DNA of 64,000 nt from IMG/VR virus record IMGVR_UViG_3300032270_000355; one strand, given 5' to 3'. The translations under genes were made by a program, and so were the position numbers. This stretch comes from an uncultured virus (IMG/VR IMGVR_UViG_3300032270_000355) (taxonomy: Duplodnaviria; Heunggongvirae; Uroviricota; Caudoviricetes). Shown here piece by piece: positions 46,408-56,164 of this stretch. The notes under the pieces are model-generated. The model saw nothing but the letters and a program-made list of their open reading frames with translations. It was not told where the DNA came from and did not search any database. The first letter of the stretch is position 1. Each line of letters starts with the position of its first letter.

Positions 46408-47379
46408 TCAATTAGGTTTAGGTAGAGACTCTACATAAGGTTTCCATTGTTTTCTTAAGTCTACCATTTCCTTTAGAGTGTTTTCTGGACCAATGGATTT
46501 CTTATCTAGAAAGATGTAGTTGTCTTCCATAAATTTCTTATACTCGTCTGTGCTAATTGCTTCGACTACTTGCTTTACATACCATTCCACTATCTCTGGT
46601 GGAGTCTTTGGTGGTAACATAAAGTTCCAGCATCCATACATATTCAATCCTGCAACATAGTCTTTTGCCAGAGGAATATTATCAGGAATTCCTTTTAGTC
46701 TGCGTTCTCCTGCAACTGCCAACATCTTAACCTTACCCGAATTTATAATTGTTAGTGCTGGTGCAATTGGCATGATTCCAAACTCTGTTCCTGTTTTTCC
46801 ATCAAACTGTGCAACACTTACTGCTGCTGGAACTGGACCTTTGAATGTTATTGGCATCACTTTGGTTTTATCTATCTTTAGATTTTGTGCAAAGTACTCG
46901 AAAGTTAGATAATGTGCAGATCCACCAACAGCAAAATTAATTTCTCTGCCAGTTTTAACCTCTGCGATTAATTCTTGTAGAGTGTTAACTTTACTTTCTT
47001 TGCTGGCTATAAACACCATTGGACTCTTGCCGATGTTTGTTACAAAGGACAGTTCAAGTGGACTTCTTTTTATTACATGGCTGAAGTGTGAATCTGAAAA
47101 TAAGAAACCACTAACACATGATGGGATACCAACTGTGTATCCATCTGGTTTCGCTTCTAGTAAATCTCTAAGCATGATATTACCATCAGCACCTGCTACA
47201 TTCTTAATAGAAAAATTAGCAATATCTTTACTCTCAATATGTTTAGAAATTAATCTTGCTGTTAGTTCTCCACCAGATCCTGCTGATGTCGGTAATAACA
47301 TAGTTATCACTTGTTTTGGATTTGGTTCCCATGCATTAGCCATGAGAGGAAATAACATCAACAACAAAAACCGCTTCAC
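46408..47379 (-). CDS. Bug/TctC substrate-binding protein (paralog)
   Basis: NVAGADGNI..PDGYT..FKGPVPA..LPPKTP. Confidence 0.88.
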   Translation of the reverse strand: MKRFLLLMLFPLMANAWEPNPKQVITMLLPTSAGSGGELTARLISKHIESKDIANFSIKNVAGADGNIMLRDLLEAKPDGYTVGIPSCVSGFLFSDSHFSHVIKRSPLELSFVTNIGKSPMVFIASKESKVNTLQELIAEVKTGREINFAVGGSAHYLTFEYFAQNLKIDKTKVMPITFKGPVPAAVSVAQFDGKTGTEFGIMPIAPALTIINSGKVKMLAVAGERRLKGIPDNIPLAKDYVAGLNMYGCWNFMLPPKTPPEIVEWYVKQVVEAISTDEYKKFMEDNYIFLDKKSIGPENTLKEMVDLRKQWKPYVESLPKPN

Positions 47380-48401
47380 TTAAAATCCTTTATGTATAAG
47401 TTAGTACCATCCTCTAAAAGCATGAGCCAATCTGGATTTAAAATACTAAAATGAGATGTTTGAACAACTTTATTCGAAGAATAGTAATCTGTTTCCATCA
47501 TTTCTGTTAGAAATTTTCTCAATGGTAATTTATATGATTTAGGATCAGAATCTATGTGCCATTCCTCATATGAACCAAGAGACCATTTCTGATAGTCAAC
47601 TGTCTCATAGAAGTTAATCATACGAGAAGCAATCTCTGGTTTTATATCACGCATACGATTGGTCTTACCCATCTGCCATTTACAATTTAACTCAATAAAT
47701 CTAGAAAACTGTTTTCTGTTATGTACACGATGAGTAGCAGGATAATTCTCTAGAATTCTTTCCATACACTCTACTTGTTTATTCGACATACCGACACGCC
47801 AATTCATCTTGAATTGCTCTGGTGTTAAAGATTGTAGTTTACCAAACAATTGATCGCCAAGATAGCCAGTTACAATTATACCATCTGCAAACTCTGGATT
47901 ACTGACAGACATATTTAATGAATATCGGATACCCCTACCACGAATAAAACGATCAAACACAGAACCAGATTCAACGATTGAGTAGTAATTACAAACAACA
48001 ATAAGTTGTTTTGGATCTGCGTATTGAAGTAGTGCAAATAGAACAGTAGTGCTGTCTAGACCACCACTCCAAGAAATAGCAATCTGTTGACCATTGGCAC
48101 GATCAACAATTGCCTTTGCAGTCTCAAGAGTTATTTGTTTAAATGTCTTGTCAAAACTGGTATCTTTTTCTGGTAGTGGTTCCCAACCACTCATCTTTAG
48201 ATAGTGTGGGAGTGTTCTTGTTCTATCCTGAAATCCACTCATGTTTCCATTAATAAAAACACCATCTGTATTATGCCAGTTTTCTAATCCCAATTCCATA
48301 TACTGCGAGAATATCTCGTCAAAGTTTTCTGCTTTGAACCTATCGAATTTTGGATAATCAATTACGTCCTGGAGACGTTGAACCATAAAATTTACTATCA
48401 T
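47376..48401 (-). CDS. PP-loop (asparagine-synthase-like) adenylating enzyme
   Basis: SWSGGLDST..TGYLGDQLFG..YKLPL. Confidence 0.75.
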   Translation of the reverse strand: MIVNFMVQRLQDVIDYPKFDRFKAENFDEIFSQYMELGLENWHNTDGVFINGNMSGFQDRTRTLPHYLKMSGWEPLPEKDTSFDKTFKQITLETAKAIVDRANGQQIAISWSGGLDSTTVLFALLQYADPKQLIVVCNYYSIVESGSVFDRFIRGRGIRYSLNMSVSNPEFADGIIVTGYLGDQLFGKLQSLTPEQFKMNWRVGMSNKQVECMERILENYPATHRVHNRKQFSRFIELNCKWQMGKTNRMRDIKPEIASRMINFYETVDYQKWSLGSYEEWHIDSDPKSYKLPLRKFLTEMMETDYYSSNKVVQTSHFSILNPDWLMLLEDGTNLYIKDFK

Positions 48402-48766
48402 GCATCCAACCTCAACATCATTGATCTAGATAAAACAACAGATGGTATATTTAATATCCACTTAGTACCATCTTCATTTGGACGTATAAACTGGTGATTT
48501 CCATCAGAAATTTCTTTTATGTGTTTATGCACATATTCTATTTCTAATTGTGACGCAATAATACTACTTTCTGGCATTAAAATTTGATATTCACCTGTAT
48601 GTTTAGTGAATTCTAAATCATTGGAAGAATCATACCAGAAAATCTTTCGTGGTACTCTTGATCCATTTAATCCAACTGGCCAATGTGAAATATTCCACAT
48701 CCAACCTTTAATTATTGGTTCCATCTTCTTTGATTTCCTTACCTGCATCAATTTTGTTCCATGCAC
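48398..48766 (-). CDS. Hypothetical protein (start uncertain)
   Basis: Operon ORF. Confidence 0.5.
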   Translation of the reverse strand: MHGTKLMQVRKSKKMEPIIKGWMWNISHWPVGLNGSRVPRKIFWYDSSNDLEFTKHTGEYQILMPESSIIASQLEIEYVHKHIKEISDGNHQFIRPNEDGTKWILNIPSVVLSRSMMLRLDA

Positions 48767-48941
48767 GTTCGTGGAAGAAGTACAGGATACTGTTTACTAC
48801 CAGCGCAAACGAAACAACACCAAGACCAACCATCCAAGATCCAGATGCTATGTAACCACCGATAAAGTTAGTAATGGTCACTAGGATACGCCATGTGACA
48901 ACCTTACCCAAACTACGTAGTGCTTTCTCATAAAATTTCAT
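48708..48941 (-). CDS. DUF2061-like membrane protein
   Basis: RSLGKVVTWR..YFFHERAWNKI. Confidence 0.8.
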   Translation of the reverse strand: MKFYEKALRSLGKVVTWRILVTITNFIGGYIASGSWMVGLGVVSFALVVNSILYFFHERAWNKIDAGKEIKEDGTNN

Positions 48942-49369
48942 ACTTGTTCAATTCCTATATCACATTTAATTAAAAAATCTAACCCACTTGTATCTCGATA
49001 TGAATTTCGATAATACACTGTATTTATACCTGCTCCATAAATTAACTTGGCACAATCCACACAAGGAGCATGAGTAATAAACATATCACTACCAAGCCCA
49101 GAGTCGTTCGATCTTGCCAACTTAGAGATCGCATTCGCTTCAGCATGTATTACCTCATCTTTCGTTACCAGAGTTATGTTACCATTAAAGTCTAATCCAA
49201 ATTCATTTTCACAGTTGTTATCCCAACCAGCAGGTGTTCCATTATAACCGATTGATATGATACGATTATCCTTTACGACAACCGCACCAACATGCAAACG
49301 ACGTGAACTGGACAACTGAGAAAATCTCTCAGCCGTGTCCATAAATGCGTCAATCCATTTTTGTTTCAT
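48938..49369 (-). CDS. cd: dCMP deaminase
   Basis: VGAVVV..GYNG..HAEANAI..THAPCVDC. Confidence 0.92.
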   Translation of the reverse strand: MKQKWIDAFMDTAERFSQLSSSRRLHVGAVVVKDNRIISIGYNGTPAGWDNNCENEFGLDFNGNITLVTKDEVIHAEANAISKLARSNDSGLGSDMFITHAPCVDCAKLIYGAGINTVYYRNSYRDTSGLDFLIKCDIGIEQV

Positions 49370-50166
49370 CGACCAAATCCAAATGGGCACTTACCCTTCT
49401 TTTCTTCGGCATCCATTTTATCGGATACTGCTTTCTCTTTAGTCCATCGATTATTTCTCACACCTTCATAATACTGTGACAAGTCATGCGGAATTTTATT
49501 CTTAGATGCCCACTCTTTCATATCAACTAGATGACATTTCCATTCAACATTTTTTTCAGTTAGTGGAATAATTTGTATTAGTGGAGTTCCTGCTCTAAGA
49601 ATAAAATTCTCTGCATCTTTTTTAATGAATATATTAATATTACTCTGAGGTTGTTCATCGTAATACGTCAAACCTGGAGGGATTATAATCTTATCATTTA
49701 ACTGATATTCCTCTAGGTTGTATAATGCTGGGATCCAAATAAATTTCAATCCACTTTTCTCTACCATGTTCCAAACAGAGCCAAACTTAACATGATGATA
49801 TCCATCAAATAAAGGATTGAATTGAATTCTCTCGTGTTGTATAACACGTTCAGCCCATTGTGGATCAGTTGCACCCAATGCACTTTCATTTTTAGTATGT
49901 GATTTTGGTTGAGTTATATAATCCATCCACAAAGGCATTATTGCACCTTTGGTATACAGACCATTGATGCCAGTACATTTTTTAATAGTTGGAGTCTCTA
50001 TTGAGATGTTAGTGTTTCTATCTTTAATAGGTAAAGATGGAGACATTTTTTTAATTGATTCTGGGTAAAATAATACAGATTTTCTTATTTTATATAATTC
50101 ATATGCTGCTGGAGAATACGTAAAACAATCAACTATTGCCGTACTTTTTTTAAAATTGAATATCAT
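49366..50166 (-). CDS. Hypothetical protein
   Basis: TIKKCTG..IPPG..AGTPLIQIIP..KCPF. Confidence 0.65.
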   Translation of the reverse strand: MIFNFKKSTAIVDCFTYSPAAYELYKIRKSVLFYPESIKKMSPSLPIKDRNTNISIETPTIKKCTGINGLYTKGAIMPLWMDYITQPKSHTKNESALGATDPQWAERVIQHERIQFNPLFDGYHHVKFGSVWNMVEKSGLKFIWIPALYNLEEYQLNDKIIIPPGLTYYDEQPQSNINIFIKKDAENFILRAGTPLIQIIPLTEKNVEWKCHLVDMKEWASKNKIPHDLSQYYEGVRNNRWTKEKAVSDKMDAEEKKGKCPFGFGR

Positions 50167-50894
50167 TTACTTTCCACTTGTTCGAATAACAGTTTTTCCA
50201 TCATATCATCGAGTGCTTTGGCAGCATCCCATTCTTCGCCAACCCATCCACGCCACTTAGTGACTTTAACATCGTCTCCATCCCAACGACTCCACTTCTC
50301 TCCATCCCAATTACAGTACTGGGGATATGGCCATGCTTTAGTTTCTACTTCGTATCTACCTTCTCGCACTGGTTTAACTTTCTTATCAAACCAATCAGTG
50401 CGTTCAAGTTCAGAAAGACGTTCTTCTTCTTGTTCTTCTTCGTAACGCTCAAGTTCATCCATTAAGCCACCGAAATCAATTAGATCTTCTGGAAGATCTT
50501 CAATTGAATCACGATCTGTAATATCATAGTCAAAGTATTCATCACATCCATCTTCATACTTACCAATGAACCCCATTCCAGGTTCATGATATAGTGCACG
50601 AACATCCCATCCTTCTCCGAAAAGAAATTCGTAAAGTGTAGTTGGAGGAGCCCATGCAGAATCAAAATGCATTACGATAGTATTATCATCTTCTCGTTCC
50701 CAATCTTGCATGGAAACATCCCACTTTGTACCCCAGTTTTCGACTGACCAACCATAGTCCCATGCACCTGCTGGGTTGGGACGCAGATGATTCAATGGCT
50801 CAGATTTTTCTTTTTGAAGTTCTTCTTCGAAGGCATCAATTTTAGTTTTATCAGTGTGTGATAAAGTTACTGTGTTGTAGCACCAATTAGGCAT
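50163..50894 (-). CDS. DUF1281/YubB-like protein
   Basis: MPNWCYN..NWGTKWD..FDSAWAPP..EPGMGF. Confidence 0.7.
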   Translation of the reverse strand: MPNWCYNTVTLSHTDKTKIDAFEEELQKEKSEPLNHLRPNPAGAWDYGWSVENWGTKWDVSMQDWEREDDNTIVMHFDSAWAPPTTLYEFLFGEGWDVRALYHEPGMGFIGKYEDGCDEYFDYDITDRDSIEDLPEDLIDFGGLMDELERYEEEQEEERLSELERTDWFDKKVKPVREGRYEVETKAWPYPQYCNWDGEKWSRWDGDDVKVTKWRGWVGEEWDAAKALDDMMEKLLFEQVESK

Positions 50895-50908
50895 AATATA
50901 TTTTCCTC

Positions 50909-51184
50909 TCAGTTATCGGCTATGTTAGCCTTGATCTTTCTCATTAACTCAAATGCATCAGGCATGCCTTCTGCTTCCATTACGTCATCATAGAATTCAT
51001 CTTTTGCTTCTTGAATCATGACAGCGACTCTCATACAATCATCGGCAGACATACTATTCAATAACATCGTAAATTCATCATCCTTTAACGACATCAAAAA
51101 CAATAGAAAATCTCTATCTTCGGGTTTAAGATGTTGCACTTTCTTTGACTTTCTTAGGGAGTGGAGGAATAAATCCAGCGTCAC
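50909..51184 (-). CDS. Hypothetical protein
   Basis: Operon ORF, start uncertain. Confidence 0.5.
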   Translation of the reverse strand: MTLDLFLHSLRKSKKVQHLKPEDRDFLLFLMSLKDDEFTMLLNSMSADDCMRVAVMIQEAKDEFYDDVMEAEGMPDAFELMRKIKANIADN

Positions 51185-51557
51185 TGACTAATTTCCTAGT
51201 AATTTTAGGATACAATTTATGTAAAGTCTGGTCTTTAGCTGCAATGATAATACTGGCTTCTTCTTTCTTCAATCCTTCGATAAAAGAAATGAATAAACTC
51301 TCACGCTTTAGTGGTGTAAGATCTGCACGGCAAAAGATATAAAGTTTCTTCATCTCGCTGAACAAATTGGTTGGTGTCATACCCAATGGTTCATCGGCAG
51401 GTTTGTATGGTGGTTCACCTTCAGGAAGAATCATTTTCTTTTCTGAAAGGAATGCGTACTCGAAAAGAATCCTTAATGGAACATCATCTTTATAGGTCTC
51501 AATTACCTTAGGATTATCTTGAATCTCCTGAAGGATCTGTACAATATATTTTCTCAT
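51126..51557 (-). CDS. Conserved T4-like hypothetical protein
   Basis: LPEGEPPYK..KRESLFI..EGL..EA; follows rnh. Confidence 0.7.
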   Translation of the reverse strand: MRKYIVQILQEIQDNPKVIETYKDDVPLRILFEYAFLSEKKMILPEGEPPYKPADEPLGMTPTNLFSEMKKLYIFCRADLTPLKRESLFISFIEGLKKEEASIIIAAKDQTLHKLYPKITRKLVSDAGFIPPLPKKVKESATS

Positions 51558-52451
51558 TTAAAAGTCCTCAATCTCATCTAACAAAAGTCGGCAACGATGT
51601 TCCATGAGGTAGTTCATGATCGACATTTTGTCACCAGTAGGTTTATTACTTAGGTACTCTGCGATAATGTCAGATTTAATCTGCTCTGGAATAAACTTGA
51701 AGTCAACCAGAGTGGAATTCCTATGCCAGTTACGACGTTCTTCGTCATTCTTACACGCAATAAATCCATTATCAAAAAATTCTTGTAGTCGTTTTGCACT
51801 GACTGGTTTTTGTCTATCGCCAGAAGAGAATACATCGTCTTTGCTTAGGATATTTGGAACACCATCGCCAGCATCACCTTTAACAATATGTTCGATTTTA
51901 TACTCGATGATTTCTCGCTGAGATGCAGTAATGTATTTCTTCTGCATCGGTGACCACTGCTTCACAGTAGGATATAACTGCAACTGTTTAAAGTCTTTGT
52001 CAGAAGAAAGGATAAGAATCTTTTGTGGATCCTCAACCAATCCTTCTTGGACCAGTTGATTGTTTTGAGCCCACTCTGTGAGTACTGCAATGATATCATC
52101 TGCTTCGCAACGATCAAGATGCATTACACGATACGGAAAGTGTTGTGCGATATCCTGACGCATCTCATTGAGTGTATCAAAGATCAAGTGCCAATCTAAG
52201 TCAGATGCTTCACGTGTTTTCTTTCTACCATCTTTATAGTATTGAAAGAATTCCCTGCGCCAGTACTTACGACCATCACAACATACAATGACTTCTCCAT
52301 ATTCTTTACCATACTTTTTCTTGTATGATTTAATCGTGGATAGTGTTACATGGCGAATCAGATTCTTAATCTCGCTCTCTGTACCTTTCAACTCTCGCTG
52401 GAAGGTTAAGATAGCACTGAGAGCAACCTGCGAATAATCAATTAATATCAT
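51558..52451 (-). CDS. rnh: T4-type RNase H (5'-3' exonuclease)
   Basis: MILIDYSQ..YWRR..EADDIIA..SSDKDFKQLQ..GDAGDGVPN. Confidence 0.93.
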   Translation of the reverse strand: MILIDYSQVALSAILTFQRELKGTESEIKNLIRHVTLSTIKSYKKKYGKEYGEVIVCCDGRKYWRREFFQYYKDGRKKTREASDLDWHLIFDTLNEMRQDIAQHFPYRVMHLDRCEADDIIAVLTEWAQNNQLVQEGLVEDPQKILILSSDKDFKQLQLYPTVKQWSPMQKKYITASQREIIEYKIEHIVKGDAGDGVPNILSKDDVFSSGDRQKPVSAKRLQEFFDNGFIACKNDEERRNWHRNSTLVDFKFIPEQIKSDIIAEYLSNKPTGDKMSIMNYLMEHRCRLLLDEIEDF

Positions 52452-53200
52452 TTAGTTTTCTCTGCTTTGGGTTTGGCTTTGCTTGTATGCAGCCCAACAT
52501 CTTTTCGGTCAACGTATTTACCACCACCATTTGGATCAACATGCCATTCTTTGTCGTCAATCCTAGTCAGAAAAATAGCATTACAATATCTTCCATGGCC
52601 AGAATATTTCTCTTTTATTTCTGAAGTTAGTTTCTTTACTTCATGATATGTATTAGAACATATAATAAGAGTCCTATTATGTTTGGTTTCAACAGTTGCT
52701 TTTTTAACATTATCGATACAGCTAAGAACAATTTCGCCACCTTCCCATTGTTTTGGTTCGGTGTGAAAATAATTTAAGATTGTAAAGAATGATGCGTCGA
52801 TATGAGCAGCATAATAATCAGCATGTTCATAGTAAGAAAGCAGATGTGATCTATGATTACAATAAAATAACATTTTATACAACTGATTGTGATTCATCAA
52901 TCCATCCCAAAACTCATGAGTTTCTAGTTGAGTGACTGCAGAACTAATTAAAGCTGAGTGACGCCAATTTATAAAAACATTTTCTAGGAAGATTCCAGAT
53001 TTCTTTGCAGCAGAACCATATTCATTCTCTGCACTATTGATATCACCTTCACCCAATAGTACCTGTGGTTTAGTCAACCACTTTAACTCCATCATGATGT
53101 TTTTTATCTGTTCTTCAGTATAAAAATTATCAATAACTACAGCATTGATACCCTCATCAATATAATTAAAGTCCATTAAAATGCTCCAAGAAGAATACAC
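52448..53200 (-). CDS. 2OG-Fe(II) oxygenase
   Basis: YYAAHID..GGE..HEV..GRY. Confidence 0.85.
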   Translation of the reverse strand: MYSSWSILMDFNYIDEGINAVVIDNFYTEEQIKNIMMELKWLTKPQVLLGEGDINSAENEYGSAAKKSGIFLENVFINWRHSALISSAVTQLETHEFWDGLMNHNQLYKMLFYCNHRSHLLSYYEHADYYAAHIDASFFTILNYFHTEPKQWEGGEIVLSCIDNVKKATVETKHNRTLIICSNTYHEVKKLTSEIKEKYSGHGRYCNAIFLTRIDDKEWHVDPNGGGKYVDRKDVGLHTSKAKPKAEKTK

Positions 53201-54279
53201 TCTTCATTAATCCGACCATTTGGTACAGTCGGTTTTGTTGTTATTGTTTTCAATGCACCATTCAATGCACGCTTGCCCATCGCAAGTCCCTTAAAGAATT
53301 CCTCTGGCTTACGTAACATAAGTGTCTTGGAATTCTTGACATCAAAGCCAAGAATTGTAGTACCTTTAACAGAAAGTGTTCCACCCTCTGCTTTGTATAC
53401 AGTAACCTTACGATACTTAGTATTATACACCCAAAGTTCATTTGAGGCAAGTATATCTTCTGGCTTGCAAGACTTGAGTTTTAGTTCAACAAACTCACGC
53501 ATGAATTTCATACGTGCCACAACCTTGGATGGTGGTGGTGCTTTGCGTTTACGTGGAGACCTATTCGCTTTAGCAGTCTGAACCTGTTGTTGGCAGTCAG
53601 CTATAATGCCACGCAAAAACTCAGCATACTTCTTCAATTCTTTTTTCGTTAAGAATGAATATCCTTCAACAAGTTGATCGTCTTCTCCTGCAATTGCGTC
53701 TTCGATTTCTTGAAGTTGTGGTACATAGAATTCTCCAATTCGTTTTGCAACTGGTGCTGATACTTCATTTGAAAGTAGATAATTCTTTGCCGAGAACTGC
53801 GTTGTCTTCGTCGTGATAAAGTCATCTATTGCTCCATCGAATTCTGCTGCATGTTTACGTGCTAATTCTTCCATTCGTTCTTGTATAGAAACGACTGGAG
53901 TTGAAACAACTTCTGCTTTTTTAACTTCTTTGATTAGTTTGTACTTGCGAACCAATTCTGATGCTGTGTCAGAAATAAAATTCTGGTGCTTTTCGCTAAG
54001 TGGTTGACCACGTGATGCAAGACGACAGACCACTCCAAGAGATCTGACTTCAAAATCAGTGGCACGATTGATTGCAATGACTTCAGCTTTTTGTCCAGCC
54101 TTGGCAAAGTATTCAAGTGCACTCTTACGACGTTTCTTCTCGTCAAAGTTTACATTGTACCAGCTAAGTGCATGGTTAAGATCTGAATTATAATTTTCTT
54201 CTGTGAGCACTGGCTCATCAACGATCTTGTTGAGGATCGCATTGTTCTTCGCTCTTCGTTTTGCGGCATTTGCATTCAT
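53176..54279 (-). CDS. Conserved T4-like hypothetical protein
   Basis: SIQERM..EGYS..LWVYNTKYRK..LRKPE..NGRINE. Confidence 0.75.
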   Translation of the reverse strand: MNANAAKRRAKNNAILNKIVDEPVLTEENYNSDLNHALSWYNVNFDEKKRRKSALEYFAKAGQKAEVIAINRATDFEVRSLGVVCRLASRGQPLSEKHQNFISDTASELVRKYKLIKEVKKAEVVSTPVVSIQERMEELARKHAAEFDGAIDDFITTKTTQFSAKNYLLSNEVSAPVAKRIGEFYVPQLQEIEDAIAGEDDQLVEGYSFLTKKELKKYAEFLRGIIADCQQQVQTAKANRSPRKRKAPPPSKVVARMKFMREFVELKLKSCKPEDILASNELWVYNTKYRKVTVYKAEGGTLSVKGTTILGFDVKNSKTLMLRKPEEFFKGLAMGKRALNGALKTITTKPTVPNGRINEECILLGAF

Positions 54280-54307
54280 AGGTTTGGAACCTCCATAATA
54301 AGTATTT

Positions 54308-54365
54308 ATTATACCTCAAAGCACGATTAGTGTCAAACAATAACCCTCAAAAATGTAGGGTTATT
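54308..54365 (-). promoter_or_regulatory. sigma70 promoter with upstream stem-loop
   Basis: TTGACA-N17-TATAAT; aataaccct...agggttatt. Confidence 0.8.
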
Positions 54366-54552
54366 TCTTAAACGAAACCCCAGTTGATCCACCCACTACT
54401 CCAGCTAGGATTAGGGATGCAAGCCACGTATCGAATCCCATTGGAATGTTGAGAATCGGGAACAATGTGTTCAGTGACCAGATTGTTGCAAGTGGTGCAA
54501 GAATAATAAGAACGAGAACGACACCAAGCCACACAAAAATACTAGATTTCAT
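54361..54552 (-). CDS. Small membrane protein
   Basis: Two hydrophobic segments. Confidence 0.6.
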   Translation of the reverse strand: MKSSIFVWLGVVLVLIILAPLATIWSLNTLFPILNIPMGFDTWLASLILAGVVGGSTGVSFKK

Positions 54553-54857
54553 AATGTAAACTCCACTTTAGTTACTGAATCCCAGCGGAAAGATCTCCAC
54601 TCAGACTTTTCTGTATCGAAGACTGCCACTGCGGATCCATTAGTCTTGCGACCTGCAGTGCTGACTTCGGATGTTGGTTTCTTGTCTGCTGGAATGTTTC
54701 CTTCGACAAGGGTGCAACGCATTGCTCTTTCGGTACCATCTTTTTTGGTAAAAGTAACGCACAGATCTTTGATGTGTTCATCGTGGAGAACTCCAATTGT
54801 CCATGTTTTAAATTCTTCAAACTCTTTTTCATTCTTGAATACTGTTTGGAATGCCAT
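54549..54857 (-). CDS. WYL_2/SH3-fold protein
   Basis: VTFTKKDGTERAMRCT..VFD..WRSFR. Confidence 0.75.
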   Translation of the reverse strand: MAFQTVFKNEKEFEEFKTWTIGVLHDEHIKDLCVTFTKKDGTERAMRCTLVEGNIPADKKPTSEVSTAGRKTNGSAVAVFDTEKSEWRSFRWDSVTKVEFTL

Positions 54858-55074
54858 TGTCTAATCTCACTTTCATTTCATTAATAATTGGTCCAAAGAA
54901 CTCAACGAATTCTTTAGTCTCAAAGAAAGATGTATGACCACTATTGCATAGTTCTTTCCCTGTATCGCTCATAAGTTTCTGACGAATAGTAAATTCAATC
55001 AAATCATATGCATGACTCTTGATCTTAACTGTTCGTGTTAAACCTTCTCGATGAATCTCATACTCCAAGTCCAT
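54829..55074 (-). CDS. Hypothetical protein
   Basis: Operon ORF. Confidence 0.5.
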   Translation of the reverse strand: MDLEYEIHREGLTRTVKIKSHAYDLIEFTIRQKLMSDTGKELCNSGHTSFFETKEFVEFFGPIINEMKVRLDNGIPNSIQE

Positions 55075-55201
55075 GGTCTGCCTTTCTGTGCTTTGGTTGT
55101 CGAATGTACTGAACCTTACTCTCTACTACACGCATGCGGTATTTTGGAGTGCGCAAATCTTTTGCTACAAGATTTCTAGGTTTCAATGGTTTATTATACA
55201 C
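55058..55201 (-). CDS. Small basic protein, ArfA-like
   Basis: GTG start after GAGG; (M)YNKPLKPRNLVAKDLRTPKYRMRVVESKVQYIRQPKHRKADHGLGV*; absent from ORF track. Confidence 0.6.
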   Translation of the reverse strand: MYNKPLKPRNLVAKDLRTPKYRMRVVESKVQYIRQPKHRKADHGLGV

Positions 55202-55210
55202 GATATCCTC

Positions 55211-55438
55211 TTACAAAGCAAATTTCTTTAATAGTTCCTTGGCACCAGATGTGTCACGTACTTCGTTATCCAGTTCTGCCATGATGATCAGACGTTGCAA
55301 CAACTCGGCTTCTTTCTGTAGATTCTCATCTAAAGAATTGTACCACTCAAAGTAGTCTTCCTCTGAGTCAAGATTCCACATGATGTTCAACATACGCTTC
55401 TGACGCTTACTTACGCCATGGATTGTAACTTCGCTCAT
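55211..55438 (-). CDS. Hypothetical protein
   Basis: Operon ORF. Confidence 0.55.
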   Translation of the reverse strand: MSEVTIHGVSKRQKRMLNIMWNLDSEEDYFEWYNSLDENLQKEAELLQRLIIMAELDNEVRDTSGAKELLKKFAL

Positions 55439-55737
55439 ACAGTTTCCTTAAAAATACCAGACCATGTCATCAGTTTATTCAACTTCTCATTCTTTGCAGT
55501 CATTACTGCAGACTCACTAACAATTCCATTTTCGATCAGTAGATCAATCATACACATTAGATCACCGATTTCTTCTTCAAGATGTTCTCGGTTGGTTTGC
55601 CCATTGTGTTCGTCATCCATACCGAACCGAAATACCTTACTGATAGCCTGAGTTACCTCAGCACATTCTTCTTGCGTAATCAACAGAATCTCACTATCGA
55701 TTGCATTCTTTTGTTTCATCATTGCAAATTTATTCAC
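55435..55737 (-). CDS. MazG-like NTP pyrophosphohydrolase
   Basis: QEECAEVTQAISK..RFG..LEEEIGDL. Confidence 0.8.
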   Translation of the reverse strand: MNKFAMMKQKNAIDSEILLITQEECAEVTQAISKVFRFGMDDEHNGQTNREHLEEEIGDLMCMIDLLIENGIVSESAVMTAKNEKLNKLMTWSGIFKETV

Positions 55738-55961
55738 TCATTATCTCCATAATATCCATAATCTTCATCTGTTCCAAACCCTGCTGATGCCAATCCAGAT
55801 TCATGGTCACCATCCATAGATTCGTCAACATCGAATCCTTCTTCAAATGCCTGAATGGCATCGTACACCATTTCCAATGGGATCTTTAGTAGCCCAGCGA
55901 TTGAGATGGGTTTCATCCCTTCTTCATAAAGATCAACAATTTCTAATTGCAAGTCACTCAT
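55734..55961 (-). CDS. Hypothetical protein
   Basis: DGDHESGLASAGFGTDEDYG. Confidence 0.6.
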   Translation of the reverse strand: MSDLQLEIVDLYEEGMKPISIAGLLKIPLEMVYDAIQAFEEGFDVDESMDGDHESGLASAGFGTDEDYGYYGDNE

Positions 55962-56134
55962 TACATTTCTCCATATGCTACTGCATCTTCATCATAAGAA
56001 AATGCCTCAAACTGTCGCATGTTGTGTTCAGCCATCATTCGATCCATGTAGGATTCATAATCAGCCTCAACAACAGCGTTTCTTTCTTGCTCTGCAAGAT
56101 CATTCAACTCATCATTCAATTCATTTATAGTCAT
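55961..56134 (-). CDS. Small acidic hypothetical protein
   Basis: Manual translation MTINELNDELNDLAEQERN...SYDEDAVAYGEM*. Confidence 0.55.
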   Translation of the reverse strand: MTINELNDELNDLAEQERNAVVEADYESYMDRMMAEHNMRQFEAFSYDEDAVAYGEM

Positions 56135-56164
56135 CACAATTCCTTAATCAACCCTAACACAGTT

